From a virus (lineage: Duplodnaviria > Heunggongvirae > Uroviricota > Caudoviricetes), in the IMG/VR virus record IMGVR_UViG_3300028603_000019, positions 131,877 through 195,876 of that record: 64,000 bases of DNA. One strand, 5' to 3'. Positions 51,882-63,106 of the stretch are shown in pieces. The notes beneath the pieces are model-generated. The model ran no database searches, had not been told where the DNA came from, and saw only the letters and a list, made by a program, of their open reading frames with translations. The position numbers and the translations under genes are program-made. Position 1 is the first letter of the stretch. The number at the start of each line of letters is the position of its first letter.

Positions 51882-54800
51882 TCAGATTTCCATGATTTCG
51901 ATTGCGGATGATGATTTCATTTTCAGTTTCTCTTTTGACCGCTTCTCCACAGTCCCGAACATTGCCATGCCGGTAACGTGAAGGATCCGCTTGAGGATAT
52001 TCTCATACTTATTCAAAGACTTGCCAGTAATGACATCATAAGAAAATTCTTGGTAATATCTGTTATCGTGGAGCTTGGGGTTGGAATTCAGATGAGACGA
52101 TGTAGTCTTCCAATATCCAGTTCCGATACCTTGACCACCTAGGTCAACTATACCTGCCATTACAAACGGAGAGTTGGGTTGGACCAACCTAACTATCTCA
52201 CCGTCCTCATACCCGAACCCGGAATCTACCACTTCAGCCGTGACCGCGATACCATCTGCTGCAATCACGGTTCCTTCCACAATTGCGTTGTCTCCCATCA
52301 CATGTGAGCCTTCTATTGATTCCACATCAACAATCATTGCCTGAATTCCTGATACTGAACCAACAATTGGATGACCCGAGGTGAACGCTGTATTGAAGCT
52401 GGTTCTCCTGACAATGATCTGATTTCCGGAAACTGCAAGAACGTAGCCTCTAGCAAACAAGGTCGCTCCCCCATCCCCCGGGATTTCCTCGACCAGTGTT
52501 TCGCCGACTTGAAATTGTCCTGTTTGGTCGCTCAACGTCAAGGAGAAATCGGTTCTCCTGAACCCCGCTACGTATCTGTTATAGACGACCACGAATGGAT
52601 CCTGGTTGTAGTTCACTCCGGGGTTGATCCCGGTCAGGGACGAGATGGTTCCTATCGTGAATGGTTCCAGGGTCCACAGGTCGAGGAGGGTATTGTCAAT
52701 ATCTCCGTTGGGAGAAGCCGGAAATCCATAACCATAGTCCATCACCACTTCAACGTCGGCACTGGAATTTCCTCCGGGCCATATGATATCTGGTTCTTCC
52801 CAATATTCCTGTCCATGGCTCAGCATCTGGATATCAATTAATGCACCAGAGCCATTGGTCATGATGACACCATACGCGGGAACAAGGGGTTCCCCCCCAG
52901 CATATCCGCCCCCTGAAAACGTAATTACCTGATTGTTTGAATAACCGCTGCCCCCAGCATCTACAATGATGCTGTCTACGAACCCTATTCCCGAATTTGC
53001 GGCGTCGATCTGGATACCGAGATATGGGACACCTATGACGTTGTTTGATCCTATGATATCAGTCGCGAGGAACACGGTTTCCTCGTTTTCTAGTGTTCCT
53101 ATCTCAAAGGTAGCACCGGAGCCCGTGGAAATCCTGTCCACGTTTCGGTTGATTTCAATGATGTCTCCAAACTCATCTCTGGGAGGCGATATTAACTCGG
53201 ATCTTATCGTCGTCAGTGGCACCAACGTGGTCTTCTTGACAGAGGTAAAGAAAAATGCGAAATTACCGTCTCGAATAATTTGAGCCTCTTCGGAGTTCAA
53301 TTGCACAGTAAATGTATCAGTCTGTGGAGTTGATAGAGACTCGAAAATTCCGTGGATATATTTTACCTCGGCATTTTGTTGCATGTCAACTGCAATGTAT
53401 AGGCTGTCCCCGGGACTGTATCCGTGGTCCGTGGTCGTAGTAAATGTGGCCACATCATTGAAATTCACCGTGATATCAGATATTGATGTCAAGCTTCCTT
53501 CGATGTTCACCTGCCCCGAAGAAAAGAATGGAGCCGTATTTCCGTGAATGCCTATTGCCGACGTATTTTGAGCAATGACTCTGGCAATAGGAGTTGTATT
53601 CGCGGTCAGGTCTATGACACCATTTGCTGTGTTCACTCCATTCAACCAGACGTCAGTGGCACCTTCGTTGTGTATGGCATCAATTTCGGTGATCTTCTTG
53701 GTGGTAGATCCTCGAATTGACTTCCCCACTTCAAATGAACCAAATATGTTCTCGACCACGATGGTATCCGAGTCTGGTTGCGTGGACAACCGAGCGCGAC
53801 CCCCGACTTCATCAATAGAAACACCTTGGGTAGATGCTGTCCCATTGACCGTGATACCACTTAGATCGGCGGGATCAAATGACCGAACTGCCGTTCCGGG
53901 TTCAAATATACCCCATGATGGCCTCAACGTGATATTGTTCCCATCAGTATCGTCTATGTATCCAAATGCAAATCCGGTATACAATGTCGTGTCGTCTGTC
54001 AGGTCTATTGATTGAATCTCGGCATCTTCAGAACTGTCCAGCCCGAATATCATCTCTCCGGTGACGAACGCACCGGGATCATCGTATCCTCGGATATTCC
54101 TGACCTTGAGTGTGTTTCCGGCCTTGTTGATCACTTGAGCGGTCGCGGATATTTCATTGTTGGCATTATACTGGACCACAGTTTCACGGATTTGGAACCC
54201 ATCGGAAGGACCGTCCAATGTGAAGTCTGCCGTCATTGTATCATAGGACACAGACTGGACTTGCTCCACACGATCTCCGATTGTCATGGTTCCTACCAAA
54301 TCGGAAATGCTGATTACTGTCGTGCTTTCCTCTTCGATGACTTCCCCCTCAAGAAAGTCCGTGGAGGATACCAGTTCAATTCTCTCTTGACGATCAAAAG
54401 TGCCTGCTGTCACCAGTAATTTCACGTCCACGACAGGGTTTCCAGATTCCTCATAGGAATCCATCGTCAGGATCACACCATTCGCGACTTCAACTTCATT
54501 TTCATTCACACCGACGAAGAACAGACCGGGTTCCATATCAGGAAGAATATCTCCAACGGCCAGGAGCTTCAGGTCTTCCATTTTCTGAGTGACATTTTCA
54601 AACCGGATGAAATCCATATCAGGATTTTCCAGATTCAGAACCGCCGAGGATATGAATACATCGGTGGTAGATGTCAGGGTATAACCACTCCCACCTTCTA
54701 TGAGATCGAAGTTCACTCGACCAGTTGCATTTTCCGTTTCCGTTACCCGAACCTTTCCCCTCTTTCCGAAGTCGCCTACCACATCTATAATATCACCGAT

Positions 54801-55472
54801 CTGATTATCCCGGCCTCCATTCATAATCCGCACCCTGGACATTGATCCGAGGATGGTAGGAGTATTTCGGAGAGAACCACTTGGAGAAATATTCTCCCCT
54901 TTGAGGAATATCCCTTGGGGGTCCGATATGTAGAGGACGTCGATATATCTTCCGTCGATGCGCTTGGTGACCAATCCCTCGATCATGGCCTTTGCACCAG
55001 ATCGTGATCCAATCACTCGTTTGTCAATGAAACTTGGAGTCAATGGATTTCGAGTGACTTCGATGTATTCGGGACGGTACCATTGAGAATCTGACGGCTT
55101 CAGGATATCCCTAGATGGATAATAAACGTCCGCTTCCTCATTGAACAACAACCGGATCAGGAGCTTTGTGGATTCTTCTGTTCCCTTTGTCCGATAATAA
55201 TCCACGATGTGCTTGACCATGAATCTTGCATCAGAAGCGGATATGAACGGAAAATCTCCTAGGTAGGTATTCTTGAAATACTGAATGAATTCATCGGCCG
55301 TATAGTCTATGTCAATATCCCGGAGGATATTTCGATTCGTGTCATAGTGGTTCTTCTGAAGAAATTCATAATATGCCTTCACGAACTGAACCATCAGGTC
55401 GCCTTCTTCCCTATATATAGCGGGAAACTGATTCTCAATTACATGAGAAATATCTGTGAAATCGTCTATCAA
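51882..55472 (-). CDS. gp7: Baseplate wedge initiator
   Basis: QFPAIYREEG...FVKAYYEFL, YRTKGT, DILKPSD, HDNRYYQEFSY. Confidence 0.85.
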   Translation of the reverse strand: MIDDFTDISHVIENQFPAIYREEGDLMVQFVKAYYEFLQKNHYDTNRNILRDIDIDYTADEFIQYFKNTYLGDFPFISASDARFMVKHIVDYYRTKGTEESTKLLIRLLFNEEADVYYPSRDILKPSDSQWYRPEYIEVTRNPLTPSFIDKRVIGSRSGAKAMIEGLVTKRIDGRYIDVLYISDPQGIFLKGENISPSGSLRNTPTILGSMSRVRIMNGGRDNQIGDIIDVVGDFGKRGKVRVTETENATGRVNFDLIEGGSGYTLTSTTDVFISSAVLNLENPDMDFIRFENVTQKMEDLKLLAVGDILPDMEPGLFFVGVNENEVEVANGVILTMDSYEESGNPVVDVKLLVTAGTFDRQERIELVSSTDFLEGEVIEEESTTVISISDLVGTMTIGDRVEQVQSVSYDTMTADFTLDGPSDGFQIRETVVQYNANNEISATAQVINKAGNTLKVRNIRGYDDPGAFVTGEMIFGLDSSEDAEIQSIDLTDDTTLYTGFAFGYIDDTDGNNITLRPSWGIFEPGTAVRSFDPADLSGITVNGTASTQGVSIDEVGGRARLSTQPDSDTIVVENIFGSFEVGKSIRGSTTKKITEIDAIHNEGATDVWLNGVNTANGVIDLTANTTPIARVIAQNTSAIGIHGNTAPFFSSGQVNIEGSLTSISDITVNFNDVATFTTTTDHGYSPGDSLYIAVDMQQNAEVKYIHGIFESLSTPQTDTFTVQLNSEEAQIIRDGNFAFFFTSVKKTTLVPLTTIRSELISPPRDEFGDIIEINRNVDRISTGSGATFEIGTLENEETVFLATDIIGSNNVIGVPYLGIQIDAANSGIGFVDSIIVDAGGSGYSNNQVITFSGGGYAGGEPLVPAYGVIMTNGSGALIDIQMLSHGQEYWEEPDIIWPGGNSSADVEVVMDYGYGFPASPNGDIDNTLLDLWTLEPFTIGTISSLTGINPGVNYNQDPFVVVYNRYVAGFRRTDFSLTLSDQTGQFQVGETLVEEIPGDGGATLFARGYVLAVSGNQIIVRRTSFNTAFTSGHPIVGSVSGIQAMIVDVESIEGSHVMGDNAIVEGTVIAADGIAVTAEVVDSGFGYEDGEIVRLVQPNSPFVMAGIVDLGGQGIGTGYWKTTSSHLNSNPKLHDNRYYQEFSYDVITGKSLNKYENILKRILHVTGMAMFGTVEKRSKEKLKMKSSSAIEIMEI

Positions 55473-55476
55473 CTGT

Positions 55477-57306
55477 TCAGGTTCCTGTCACGTGAATTTG
55501 AACATCTTCCGGTCTGATAGACAGGATCTTGTTTTTCGGAGAAAGAACGTCCGAGTGTTTCAGGTCAGCATATATTTTCAGGGCTGAACCACGATAGGAA
55601 GATACCGGAAGATTCCGAATATTTACCGTTCCGGTCTTGTAGTCAACTGTTCCCACATTTCTCCTCACGATTACGTCGTCCTCTCCGGTATTCCTGATTA
55701 TCTGAAGAATACCATAGCCATCGTCCCTCACATAGACCGTTTGTTGTTCCAACCTGAATGGAGAGGAAGATACGGTAGGATACCTATCGACACGTTCGGA
55801 TTCCAGTCTCGGAATAACGGGATGGGAAGGAACCTGTGATTGAAGGGATCTCATAGCATAATCAGCGATGGGTATCAGTTCATTGCCGAATGACATTTCC
55901 AGAGTATTGTTTGAAGTCAGTGAAGGCTGGAATTCCAAGATCGCTCTAATGCGAGTGTTATTTGACATGATATCCTTGTTTGATCCATCGACAACCTGGA
56001 CCAATCTGGAATATCGAAGAGGAACTCCGAATTGGTTCAGGTCATTATCCGAAAATGCGATGATATTATCCAGGACGGATTTTCTGATTTCACTCTCGGA
56101 GTTTGTTGATCTCACGGTGTCGAACAGAATGTCAGTCAGGATTTCAACGTGCATGAATGATGCCGAATGAACTACCGGCGTGATCCCAAGGGGAACCTTA
56201 TCCTTGAGATAATCCATTATCCGCCCCTTGGTGCCTTGGGATATGGTCTCACTGTCAAATACATCTACATACACCATCACCTTTCCGAATAGCGGCGGAT
56301 ACACATTCTCCCCTCCTATCACGGACACCGCCTGAATTTCAGGGAACCGATTCTTCAGGAGAATTTCATAGTCCGTTTCGGTGACGGCTCGCTCTTGGAC
56401 CTGGATAGATTTTGGTGCAAAGAACTTCACGGATTTGGAAGTTTCCTTGTCAAAGCCACCCTCGGACGGTCCGGTAATTTGAACTGGAGATATGCTGAAT
56501 GGAAAGTTGCCAGACAGGCTGAATCGGGATATCCCATTAGCTTCATCACCAGATGATACCCTGTATTCGATGTGTACTATTTCTCCCGGAAGAGGTTGTG
56601 TCCCAAAGGCATCCCTTCCGAAATAGACTTCATACCGACCGTAGGACTTCTGAATGTAAAAGACTGGTTCATCGAATCGCACCCCGAATATGTTGGTGAC
56701 GAATCTGTATTCAGTCTCTTGATCATTCTCTGGATTTTTGACGAATACCCGAACACTTCTGGTATCAACATCGTCATTGGAAATCACGAACTTCTGATCC
56801 GGATCGGAAACCGCGGAATAAAACTCATCCACATATTTCCCCTCATGAACTTCCAGGCATGATACGGGAAAGAGACCATTGACGTCTCGATAAGCCGTGT
56901 ACGCTTCATCGGTGTAGAACTCAAATGAGGTTCGGGCATCGCCCGTTGCCGTGAATTTCGTCTTCCGGGGTATTACGATGAAGCTGTCTTCCGTGTCCGA
57001 ACTGATCACGAAGCTCAACTTTGTAGTCGCGGAAGTTCGTGATCGGGGTAGGTAGTTCAGGTTTTTGGCATGTGACACAACCGAGTCTTCACGTTGCGCG
57101 GAATCCATGAACATCTCTGAAATGGCCATGTTATTGTAATAGCCATTCTGGTATGTATTATAGGAAAGGATATCCAACAACACGCTCATGTTAGATCCTT
57201 CGAAGTTGAAATCCTTGAACCTATCTTGATTCTTTAGGTATGACTTCAGTTGATCCTTGAGTTGAAAGAAGTCCAGGTCTGAAATTGGAAGTCGATTATT
57301 GCTCAT
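55477..57306 (-). CDS. gp6: Baseplate wedge subunit
   Basis: LDFFQLK, DFNFEGSNMSVLLDILSYNT, QERAVTETDY. Confidence 0.95.
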   Translation of the reverse strand: MSNNRLPISDLDFFQLKDQLKSYLKNQDRFKDFNFEGSNMSVLLDILSYNTYQNGYYNNMAISEMFMDSAQREDSVVSHAKNLNYLPRSRTSATTKLSFVISSDTEDSFIVIPRKTKFTATGDARTSFEFYTDEAYTAYRDVNGLFPVSCLEVHEGKYVDEFYSAVSDPDQKFVISNDDVDTRSVRVFVKNPENDQETEYRFVTNIFGVRFDEPVFYIQKSYGRYEVYFGRDAFGTQPLPGEIVHIEYRVSSGDEANGISRFSLSGNFPFSISPVQITGPSEGGFDKETSKSVKFFAPKSIQVQERAVTETDYEILLKNRFPEIQAVSVIGGENVYPPLFGKVMVYVDVFDSETISQGTKGRIMDYLKDKVPLGITPVVHSASFMHVEILTDILFDTVRSTNSESEIRKSVLDNIIAFSDNDLNQFGVPLRYSRLVQVVDGSNKDIMSNNTRIRAILEFQPSLTSNNTLEMSFGNELIPIADYAMRSLQSQVPSHPVIPRLESERVDRYPTVSSSPFRLEQQTVYVRDDGYGILQIIRNTGEDDVIVRRNVGTVDYKTGTVNIRNLPVSSYRGSALKIYADLKHSDVLSPKNKILSIRPEDVQIHVTGT

Positions 57307-57722
57307 CTGGTCCTCTCAAGGAAATATGTTACCACAACGGGTTCTTCCCTATTGGTCACATAAAACCGTATCGTGATGCTGATTTGATTTGAATCATAGT
57401 CAGTTACTGGCTCTATATTAATTAGTTCCGCCCTGGGTTCAAAATTCAGGATCGTTTCACGAATTTTTTCCTCGAGGATCTTTGCGGTCGCAGGGGTATT
57501 CAGATCAAATAGGGTCGCGCGAACATCTGAACCCAGGGACGGTTGAAACAGCCGCTCTCCGCGATCAGTCATGATCAAGGTTTTTAGGGCTTCTTTGATC
57601 GCGTCTTCATTTGTCCTCGTTACTAGGTCTCCGGTGAGAGGATTTTCCATGAAGTCTTTCCTAAAGTCTGCATAGAGGACAGGTTTGGAAACCCTTTGGT
57701 TATTTTTCAGAAATGATGCCAT
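57303..57722 (-). CDS. gp25: Baseplate wedge / sheath initiator
   Basis: YADF, GERLFQPSLGS, FEPRA. Confidence 0.93.
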   Translation of the reverse strand: MASFLKNNQRVSKPVLYADFRKDFMENPLTGDLVTRTNEDAIKEALKTLIMTDRGERLFQPSLGSDVRATLFDLNTPATAKILEEKIRETILNFEPRAELINIEPVTDYDSNQISITIRFYVTNREEPVVVTYFLERTR

Positions 57723-57729
57723 TTCGAGA

Positions 57730-59343
57730 TTACCCTATTGATGAAAGTCCCTGGATATTCGCGGCGCTTCCCCATGTCCTTTCTGTCCAAGAATCTATAT
57801 GAATGAATGTGTTGTATGTTCCGATGCCTCCGAAACCAAATCGTCTCGCGAGGTTACCAAATTCCCTGTGCTGAGAAGGCGGCATTGAAATATCAAATGC
57901 CTGGCCACTCATATGCAGGCCATATGTTCCATTGACGGGATATGATCTATAGGCCGAGGTCACGAAAATATTCCTGCCCCAGGCACGTTGCAAGCGCATC
58001 AACATCACGATTTCCATAGTCTGGACGCGCTCCCATCCAAGTCTCCTATCCCGGCCTTCTCGATACTGAATACCGTTGTGCCCAGACAGGACTTGCTCAT
58101 ACGAAGGAATTGCCATGATTTCTTCCGGGGTGGCGGGCTTTATCCGTGAACTGCGCCCCCGGAAAGGTCTGGCAGTGTTGGTGAGACCGTCGCCCCTGTC
58201 CTCTCCGCCTGGTTCATAGCTCAATGGAGCTTGGATTGCGCGGTTGCTTTCTGGAACACTCTCCGACCTCCGTTCTCCCTGTCTCCTTTGATCTGGTGTA
58301 TACCGAAGTGCACCAGCACTGATTGCCCTGGCGGTTGCCCGATTTCCAGAGTTTTGAAGAAGATTTCTTGAAGCCGTGAAATTACTCTGAAATATCCTCA
58401 ATGGGTTCAATGTTCCGTCGAGGAACCTTTCCAGATTCCCTATCAGGGCGCAGAACCTCAAGATCAAAAATTGGATCTCCTGGATATCAAATGTCCGAGC
58501 ATCAAACAATGAAGCCGCCTGAGACACAGACCCTTCGACCCGAGCCCTGATATTTTCAATCACGTTTCCATCAGTGAAGGACCGGGCCTTGTCCATGAGA
58601 ACCCTGAACCTATCTCCGGAAGAAATCAGGTTGTGAAGATAGCTTGTCGTGTTCATGAAGTCCAGCCTGATCGCATTCAGTTTGGACTTGAAATCCTCAA
58701 TGATCTGATCAATAGCGGCACGAACTTGTTGCCTAAGCTGATTGATCAGTCCGGCAACGGTGAAATTCTGAATGTTGGAAATGAGACCTTCGATCTGGTT
58801 CTTGTAGCCAATCGCGTTATTAAACAACCCCTGGATATTATTCAGAGCGGCGAAGATATTGGGAACGATGGAGCAGAATGATCCCATAGATGATCTACTC
58901 ACGGAGCCAGATGGTCCAAAGAATGTATTCAACGACCGGAATACTTCCAGGGGTCGCCTTTCCATTATCAGAGCAAATGAGTTCTGAAGAATGTGTTTTT
59001 CGTTTACAAAGAGCCTAATTTCAGCCTCGGTGATGAAGGGGAGCCTAACTATTCTGTCCCAGAGGTATGGATAACTCTCCTGAAATCTAGGTAGTGTCAA
59101 GACATTTTCTTCGGCTGATGAACCAGAAATGTTCTCGGTTGTTCGGGATACCACTATTTGTTCCCTGAGGAGATCATTTACCTTTTTTGTGTTGTAACCC
59201 AACATGATCCTTTCGGCGAGTGGAATATCCTCTCCGACAATCATGTCGGCTTCATGCTTCTTGATCAGATCATCTATTTCATCGAAGTGAACATTTTGAT
59301 GATCGGGGATCATATCCTCTGGGAGAATTACCTTACATGTCAT
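57730..59343 (-). CDS. Virion protein with C-terminal peptidase M15 (D-Ala-D-Ala type) domain
   Basis: TSAYRS, HMSGQAFDI, GGIGTYNTFIHID. Confidence 0.85.
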   Translation of the reverse strand: MTCKVILPEDMIPDHQNVHFDEIDDLIKKHEADMIVGEDIPLAERIMLGYNTKKVNDLLREQIVVSRTTENISGSSAEENVLTLPRFQESYPYLWDRIVRLPFITEAEIRLFVNEKHILQNSFALIMERRPLEVFRSLNTFFGPSGSVSRSSMGSFCSIVPNIFAALNNIQGLFNNAIGYKNQIEGLISNIQNFTVAGLINQLRQQVRAAIDQIIEDFKSKLNAIRLDFMNTTSYLHNLISSGDRFRVLMDKARSFTDGNVIENIRARVEGSVSQAASLFDARTFDIQEIQFLILRFCALIGNLERFLDGTLNPLRIFQSNFTASRNLLQNSGNRATARAISAGALRYTPDQRRQGERRSESVPESNRAIQAPLSYEPGGEDRGDGLTNTARPFRGRSSRIKPATPEEIMAIPSYEQVLSGHNGIQYREGRDRRLGWERVQTMEIVMLMRLQRAWGRNIFVTSAYRSYPVNGTYGLHMSGQAFDISMPPSQHREFGNLARRFGFGGIGTYNTFIHIDSWTERTWGSAANIQGLSSIG

Positions 59344-61709
59344 GCCGATATGATCCCGATAATTTCTGAAGCTCCGGTATCAGTCACTAGCGTGATGGTT
59401 CGGTCAGTGATTTCTGATATCCTATATTCCGTTTCACTTAAGGTTTCTCCGATACCAAGCTTCTCTATTATTCCCGATGGACCACGAACCATTGCCATCG
59501 TTCCGCTACCTTCGTGAACAGGAGATATGAATTCACTGGCTGATACCCCACCTGTTTCGGGTGGCGTTACCACTCCTTCGGTGAACCTGTCCTTGGCAAT
59601 CGAATTGTCCACTTCATCGGTTTGCCATTCGGCTTCGTCGGGGGCAGCTCCCATGCCAACGTCACGATCGGGTGGTTCCGGCATTTCCACGGCTTCTGCA
59701 TCTTCTGCACCAACGCCGTCTTCCGCTTCCTCACCCTCTTCTGGGGAGACTGATCCTGGACCACTGGAAGACCCGGAATTGATATTCTGATTCCTTAATA
59801 TGGAAGAACCATTCAGGTGCACCGTTCCCCCAGCCGATACATACACGGTCTGACCACCTATCGTGGCATCCACACTCGCCCTGATTATAGTAGACAGACC
59901 CTGAACGGAAACAGTCCCCGACGCTCCGACCAGAAAATTATCGGACATTGTGATATTGGTGTTGTCGCCAGATAGTCTGATATTCTGACTTCGAAGATCC
60001 AGGATATCCGAACCCGTGATCTTGATGTCCTCGGCCTTCGTATTCAGTTGAGAACCAACACCAATGTAGGCATCTTCTCCGACCTTGATATTGGTATCCT
60101 CTTCACTTTCGATGAATACCTTCTTGGATTTCAAGTGAAGTTCTTCCGAGGATGATATCACGATTTTCTTCCCGACCTTCAGGTTCAGGTTTTCCACGTT
60201 TGATTCAAGGTCCAGGCGGGCTGCCCGCATCTGTAATTCCTCGCCGCCGTTGAACATGATTGCTCCGGCGGCTCCAACTATCATGTTTCCATGGACGATC
60301 TGTTGATAATCTCCCCTGATTTCCTCGATCATGTTCCCTTTTACCAGAACGTGACTGTCACCCTCGACTGTAATGATATTCCTTCCGCCGATGTGCATGT
60401 GATAATGTTGATCGTGGATATCAAACGTGTCCTTGGTAGATCTGTATGTATTGGTAGATGGAGTCATTTGAATGTAAGACCCCGACGGATGCCATATCAT
60501 TATTCTCTCTCCGCCTTGCGTCGAGTCGAGCTCAACAACGTGTCCACCAGGAGTTTCGATGACCCGGTTGTATGGATACACGGCTTGATATCCGGACGAC
60601 GGCTCGTCCCAAGTGGCCTGCATTCCGTCACTCTGGGCCCTAACTGGATCTCCACTTGATGTGCGAGCTTCTGTCTGAAATCCAGTGTCTGGAAGGGGTC
60701 TAGGAGACGTGGAACTGATTCCAGAGCTGGTCGACCAGTTGCGGATAGCTTTGGCGTCTCCTAGACCATCCTTAAGACCCACCCCAGCGTGTATCCGGCC
60801 ATACCAAGGCCCCCATCCTCCAACTGCGGCTTTATCTAGGGCATATCGAATTTGAGTGACAATTCCTTCTCTGGTATTGTCCTCTACGAGTCGTCTTCCT
60901 GTGTCTGTCTCGTAGTCATTTCCCATTCCCCCACCAGTATAGAGTTGATATGGACCGAATGAGGCTTCCTTGCCATTCAGTGATCCGTTTCCGGTTCTCC
61001 TGATTTGAGATTGATATGCACCCATGCCTTCATGTCTGAATATTCTCACGGCAATATCGGGATCAATATTCCTAAGGGCTGCCTCCTCTCGAATCACCTT
61101 TTCAATATCACCACGGCTCATATCTTCGGGGTATCCTGGTGATATCCCATTCAGGTCTGTTGTCGTGTCCTGATCCTGTCCCCAGGAGTTTCTGTTTCCC
61201 ATGGGACGATAACCCATGATACCACCGCCGGCAATCTCCACGTCTCGGTGTCCGTTGGTCTCTAGCGGAAGGTTATAGGTTTCGTCGAGGTCTTCACCGC
61301 GGGCTGTCCTAGGAAGGGTGGGTTGACCGTAATCGTTGTGTCGCCTGGACATTGCTCCGCGATCATTGCCATCACCCAGGGCTATGCCCCATCCATACTT
61401 CCCGGGGTCGACAGGCTCCGTCATTTGTGTTGGGATCAATCCCAGGATCATGGGCTGCTGAGCATCCCTGCCATCTATGAAGAACCCGAACACCCATGCA
61501 TTCAAGGGCGGGACCACGAAATTCGTGTCATGTGAACCTATGATCAGTGTTGCCCAGGGGAGATCCTCTGTCGAGACATCTTCAAGGGAGCCGTGAACCC
61601 CGAAAGCCCGGACTTGAACACGACCTTCCAGACGGGGATCCTCGTTATTTTCAACTACCCCCACAAAGAACAGTGGTTCTATGAAACCTAGACCTGATGG
61701 AATATTCAT
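59340..61709 (-). CDS. gp5: Baseplate hub / puncturing protein with internal lysozyme-like domain
   Basis: GVVENNEDP..GRVQVR OB fold; internal RHEG..GPYQL..WGPW; YPYNRV.ET..GH; beta-helix repeats. Confidence 0.9.
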   Translation of the reverse strand: MNIPSGLGFIEPLFFVGVVENNEDPRLEGRVQVRAFGVHGSLEDVSTEDLPWATLIIGSHDTNFVVPPLNAWVFGFFIDGRDAQQPMILGLIPTQMTEPVDPGKYGWGIALGDGNDRGAMSRRHNDYGQPTLPRTARGEDLDETYNLPLETNGHRDVEIAGGGIMGYRPMGNRNSWGQDQDTTTDLNGISPGYPEDMSRGDIEKVIREEAALRNIDPDIAVRIFRHEGMGAYQSQIRRTGNGSLNGKEASFGPYQLYTGGGMGNDYETDTGRRLVEDNTREGIVTQIRYALDKAAVGGWGPWYGRIHAGVGLKDGLGDAKAIRNWSTSSGISSTSPRPLPDTGFQTEARTSSGDPVRAQSDGMQATWDEPSSGYQAVYPYNRVIETPGGHVVELDSTQGGERIMIWHPSGSYIQMTPSTNTYRSTKDTFDIHDQHYHMHIGGRNIITVEGDSHVLVKGNMIEEIRGDYQQIVHGNMIVGAAGAIMFNGGEELQMRAARLDLESNVENLNLKVGKKIVISSSEELHLKSKKVFIESEEDTNIKVGEDAYIGVGSQLNTKAEDIKITGSDILDLRSQNIRLSGDNTNITMSDNFLVGASGTVSVQGLSTIIRASVDATIGGQTVYVSAGGTVHLNGSSILRNQNINSGSSSGPGSVSPEEGEEAEDGVGAEDAEAVEMPEPPDRDVGMGAAPDEAEWQTDEVDNSIAKDRFTEGVVTPPETGGVSASEFISPVHEGSGTMAMVRGPSGIIEKLGIGETLSETEYRISEITDRTITLVTDTGASEIIGIISA

Positions 61710-63106
61710 GTTCCCGCCCTCATACCAAACTCACCATCTGATCCCCTCGACCATTCTCTTTTCACCAGGGTATAATCGTTGATCATGGTTTCCATATTCA
61801 TCAAATATGTTACAGATTTCACGATGTATTTTCCACTTAGCTGTAAGTTCTTTTCAAATTTCCCGCCTTCGGCGTTGAACTCGGGAACATGGAGATCAAC
61901 AATATCTCCCGCACTGATATCCATTCTTCCTGGGCCGGAAGCCTCGATTGTGATGCTGTCGAGGTGCTTTCTATAGGATACCTTGTTTGAAATTATGTCG
62001 GGATAGTGCCGGTTTCCATCCAATGTGGCATCCGAGAAACCTTGATCGGTCATGTAATCTTTGATGACCAGGAACCGCTTCTGGATTTCCTCGCTGATAT
62101 ATTGATCAGCAAACTCGGGTGTATGTCTGTCCTCTATCTTGCCCCCACTGAAATAGGAAGCTTCTCCATAATCGAATCCAGGCTCCTTCAGGTTCGTTGT
62201 TCCGTTCACGATATCCAGGACAGTCACTTTATTCCGATATGTGCCATTATACATATCATCGATGGTATTCACGCGTCTTGAATTTACTATCTTATCCAGG
62301 TTGTTCATCTGATGATGGAAATGATCTGGAGACTTGGGAATAGTGTCCATGTATGTGAATTTGAACAACTTGTTCCTTTGTGCGGCAGTATCGAATAGGG
62401 CCTCGTCACTGATGAAATAATAGGATCTCAAGTTTTCAAAGAAGCGGAATGAGCATGACGGTGATGTTGTGGAATAAGCCCTGTTCGTTAGGAACTTCAT
62501 TGCCTCTCCGGTCTTCATCCTGGGTATCACACATCGGATATTTCCGTCGGTGTGCGGATACACGATGATCCCTTTATTGGACGGATCTGATACCATTTCT
62601 CCCGGAAGGCCCATGAAGTCTGATGGCCGTGAAATCCTTTGTGTCTCATAACACTCCTGGAATATGTCCAGTGCTATGTCGGATACACGCTTGTCCTTAT
62701 AGGCCCTGATCAACACCCTTGTTCCTGCCTGAAAACTCTGAAAACTGACAAAGTGAACGGTATACATGATCACGCCATTCTCATCAGAGGTCTGGACACC
62801 ATCAATCTTGTAGCAGAAAACGTCCAGTTCTGAAGATGTATCCATACTGTCTTCGATTACAATAGCGGCCCGTTCTTCTCCTCTCAATGGAAAGTTTTCC
62901 AGAAACCCTACCGAGTCATATACCTTGAAGGAACCGTGGAGAACATCACTGTCTATGGACACCGAAACGGTGATTGCAGGAACCAAGTTGGAAATGTCCA
63001 TCGACATTACCCCGAAGTGTTCTGAACGGATACCAACCGCAGATGATACTACCAGAGACTTCAGGATATAATAGCCCGGGTTTACCACCTTCTCATTTGA
63101 ATTCAT
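61706..63106 (-). CDS. Baseplate hub protein (gp27-like)
   Basis: Position between gp53 and gp5; FRFFEN, GDIVDLHVP and LSGKYIVKSV. Confidence 0.7.
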   Translation of the reverse strand: MNSNEKVVNPGYYILKSLVVSSAVGIRSEHFGVMSMDISNLVPAITVSVSIDSDVLHGSFKVYDSVGFLENFPLRGEERAAIVIEDSMDTSSELDVFCYKIDGVQTSDENGVIMYTVHFVSFQSFQAGTRVLIRAYKDKRVSDIALDIFQECYETQRISRPSDFMGLPGEMVSDPSNKGIIVYPHTDGNIRCVIPRMKTGEAMKFLTNRAYSTTSPSCSFRFFENLRSYYFISDEALFDTAAQRNKLFKFTYMDTIPKSPDHFHHQMNNLDKIVNSRRVNTIDDMYNGTYRNKVTVLDIVNGTTNLKEPGFDYGEASYFSGGKIEDRHTPEFADQYISEEIQKRFLVIKDYMTDQGFSDATLDGNRHYPDIISNKVSYRKHLDSITIEASGPGRMDISAGDIVDLHVPEFNAEGGKFEKNLQLSGKYIVKSVTYLMNMETMINDYTLVKREWSRGSDGEFGMRAGT

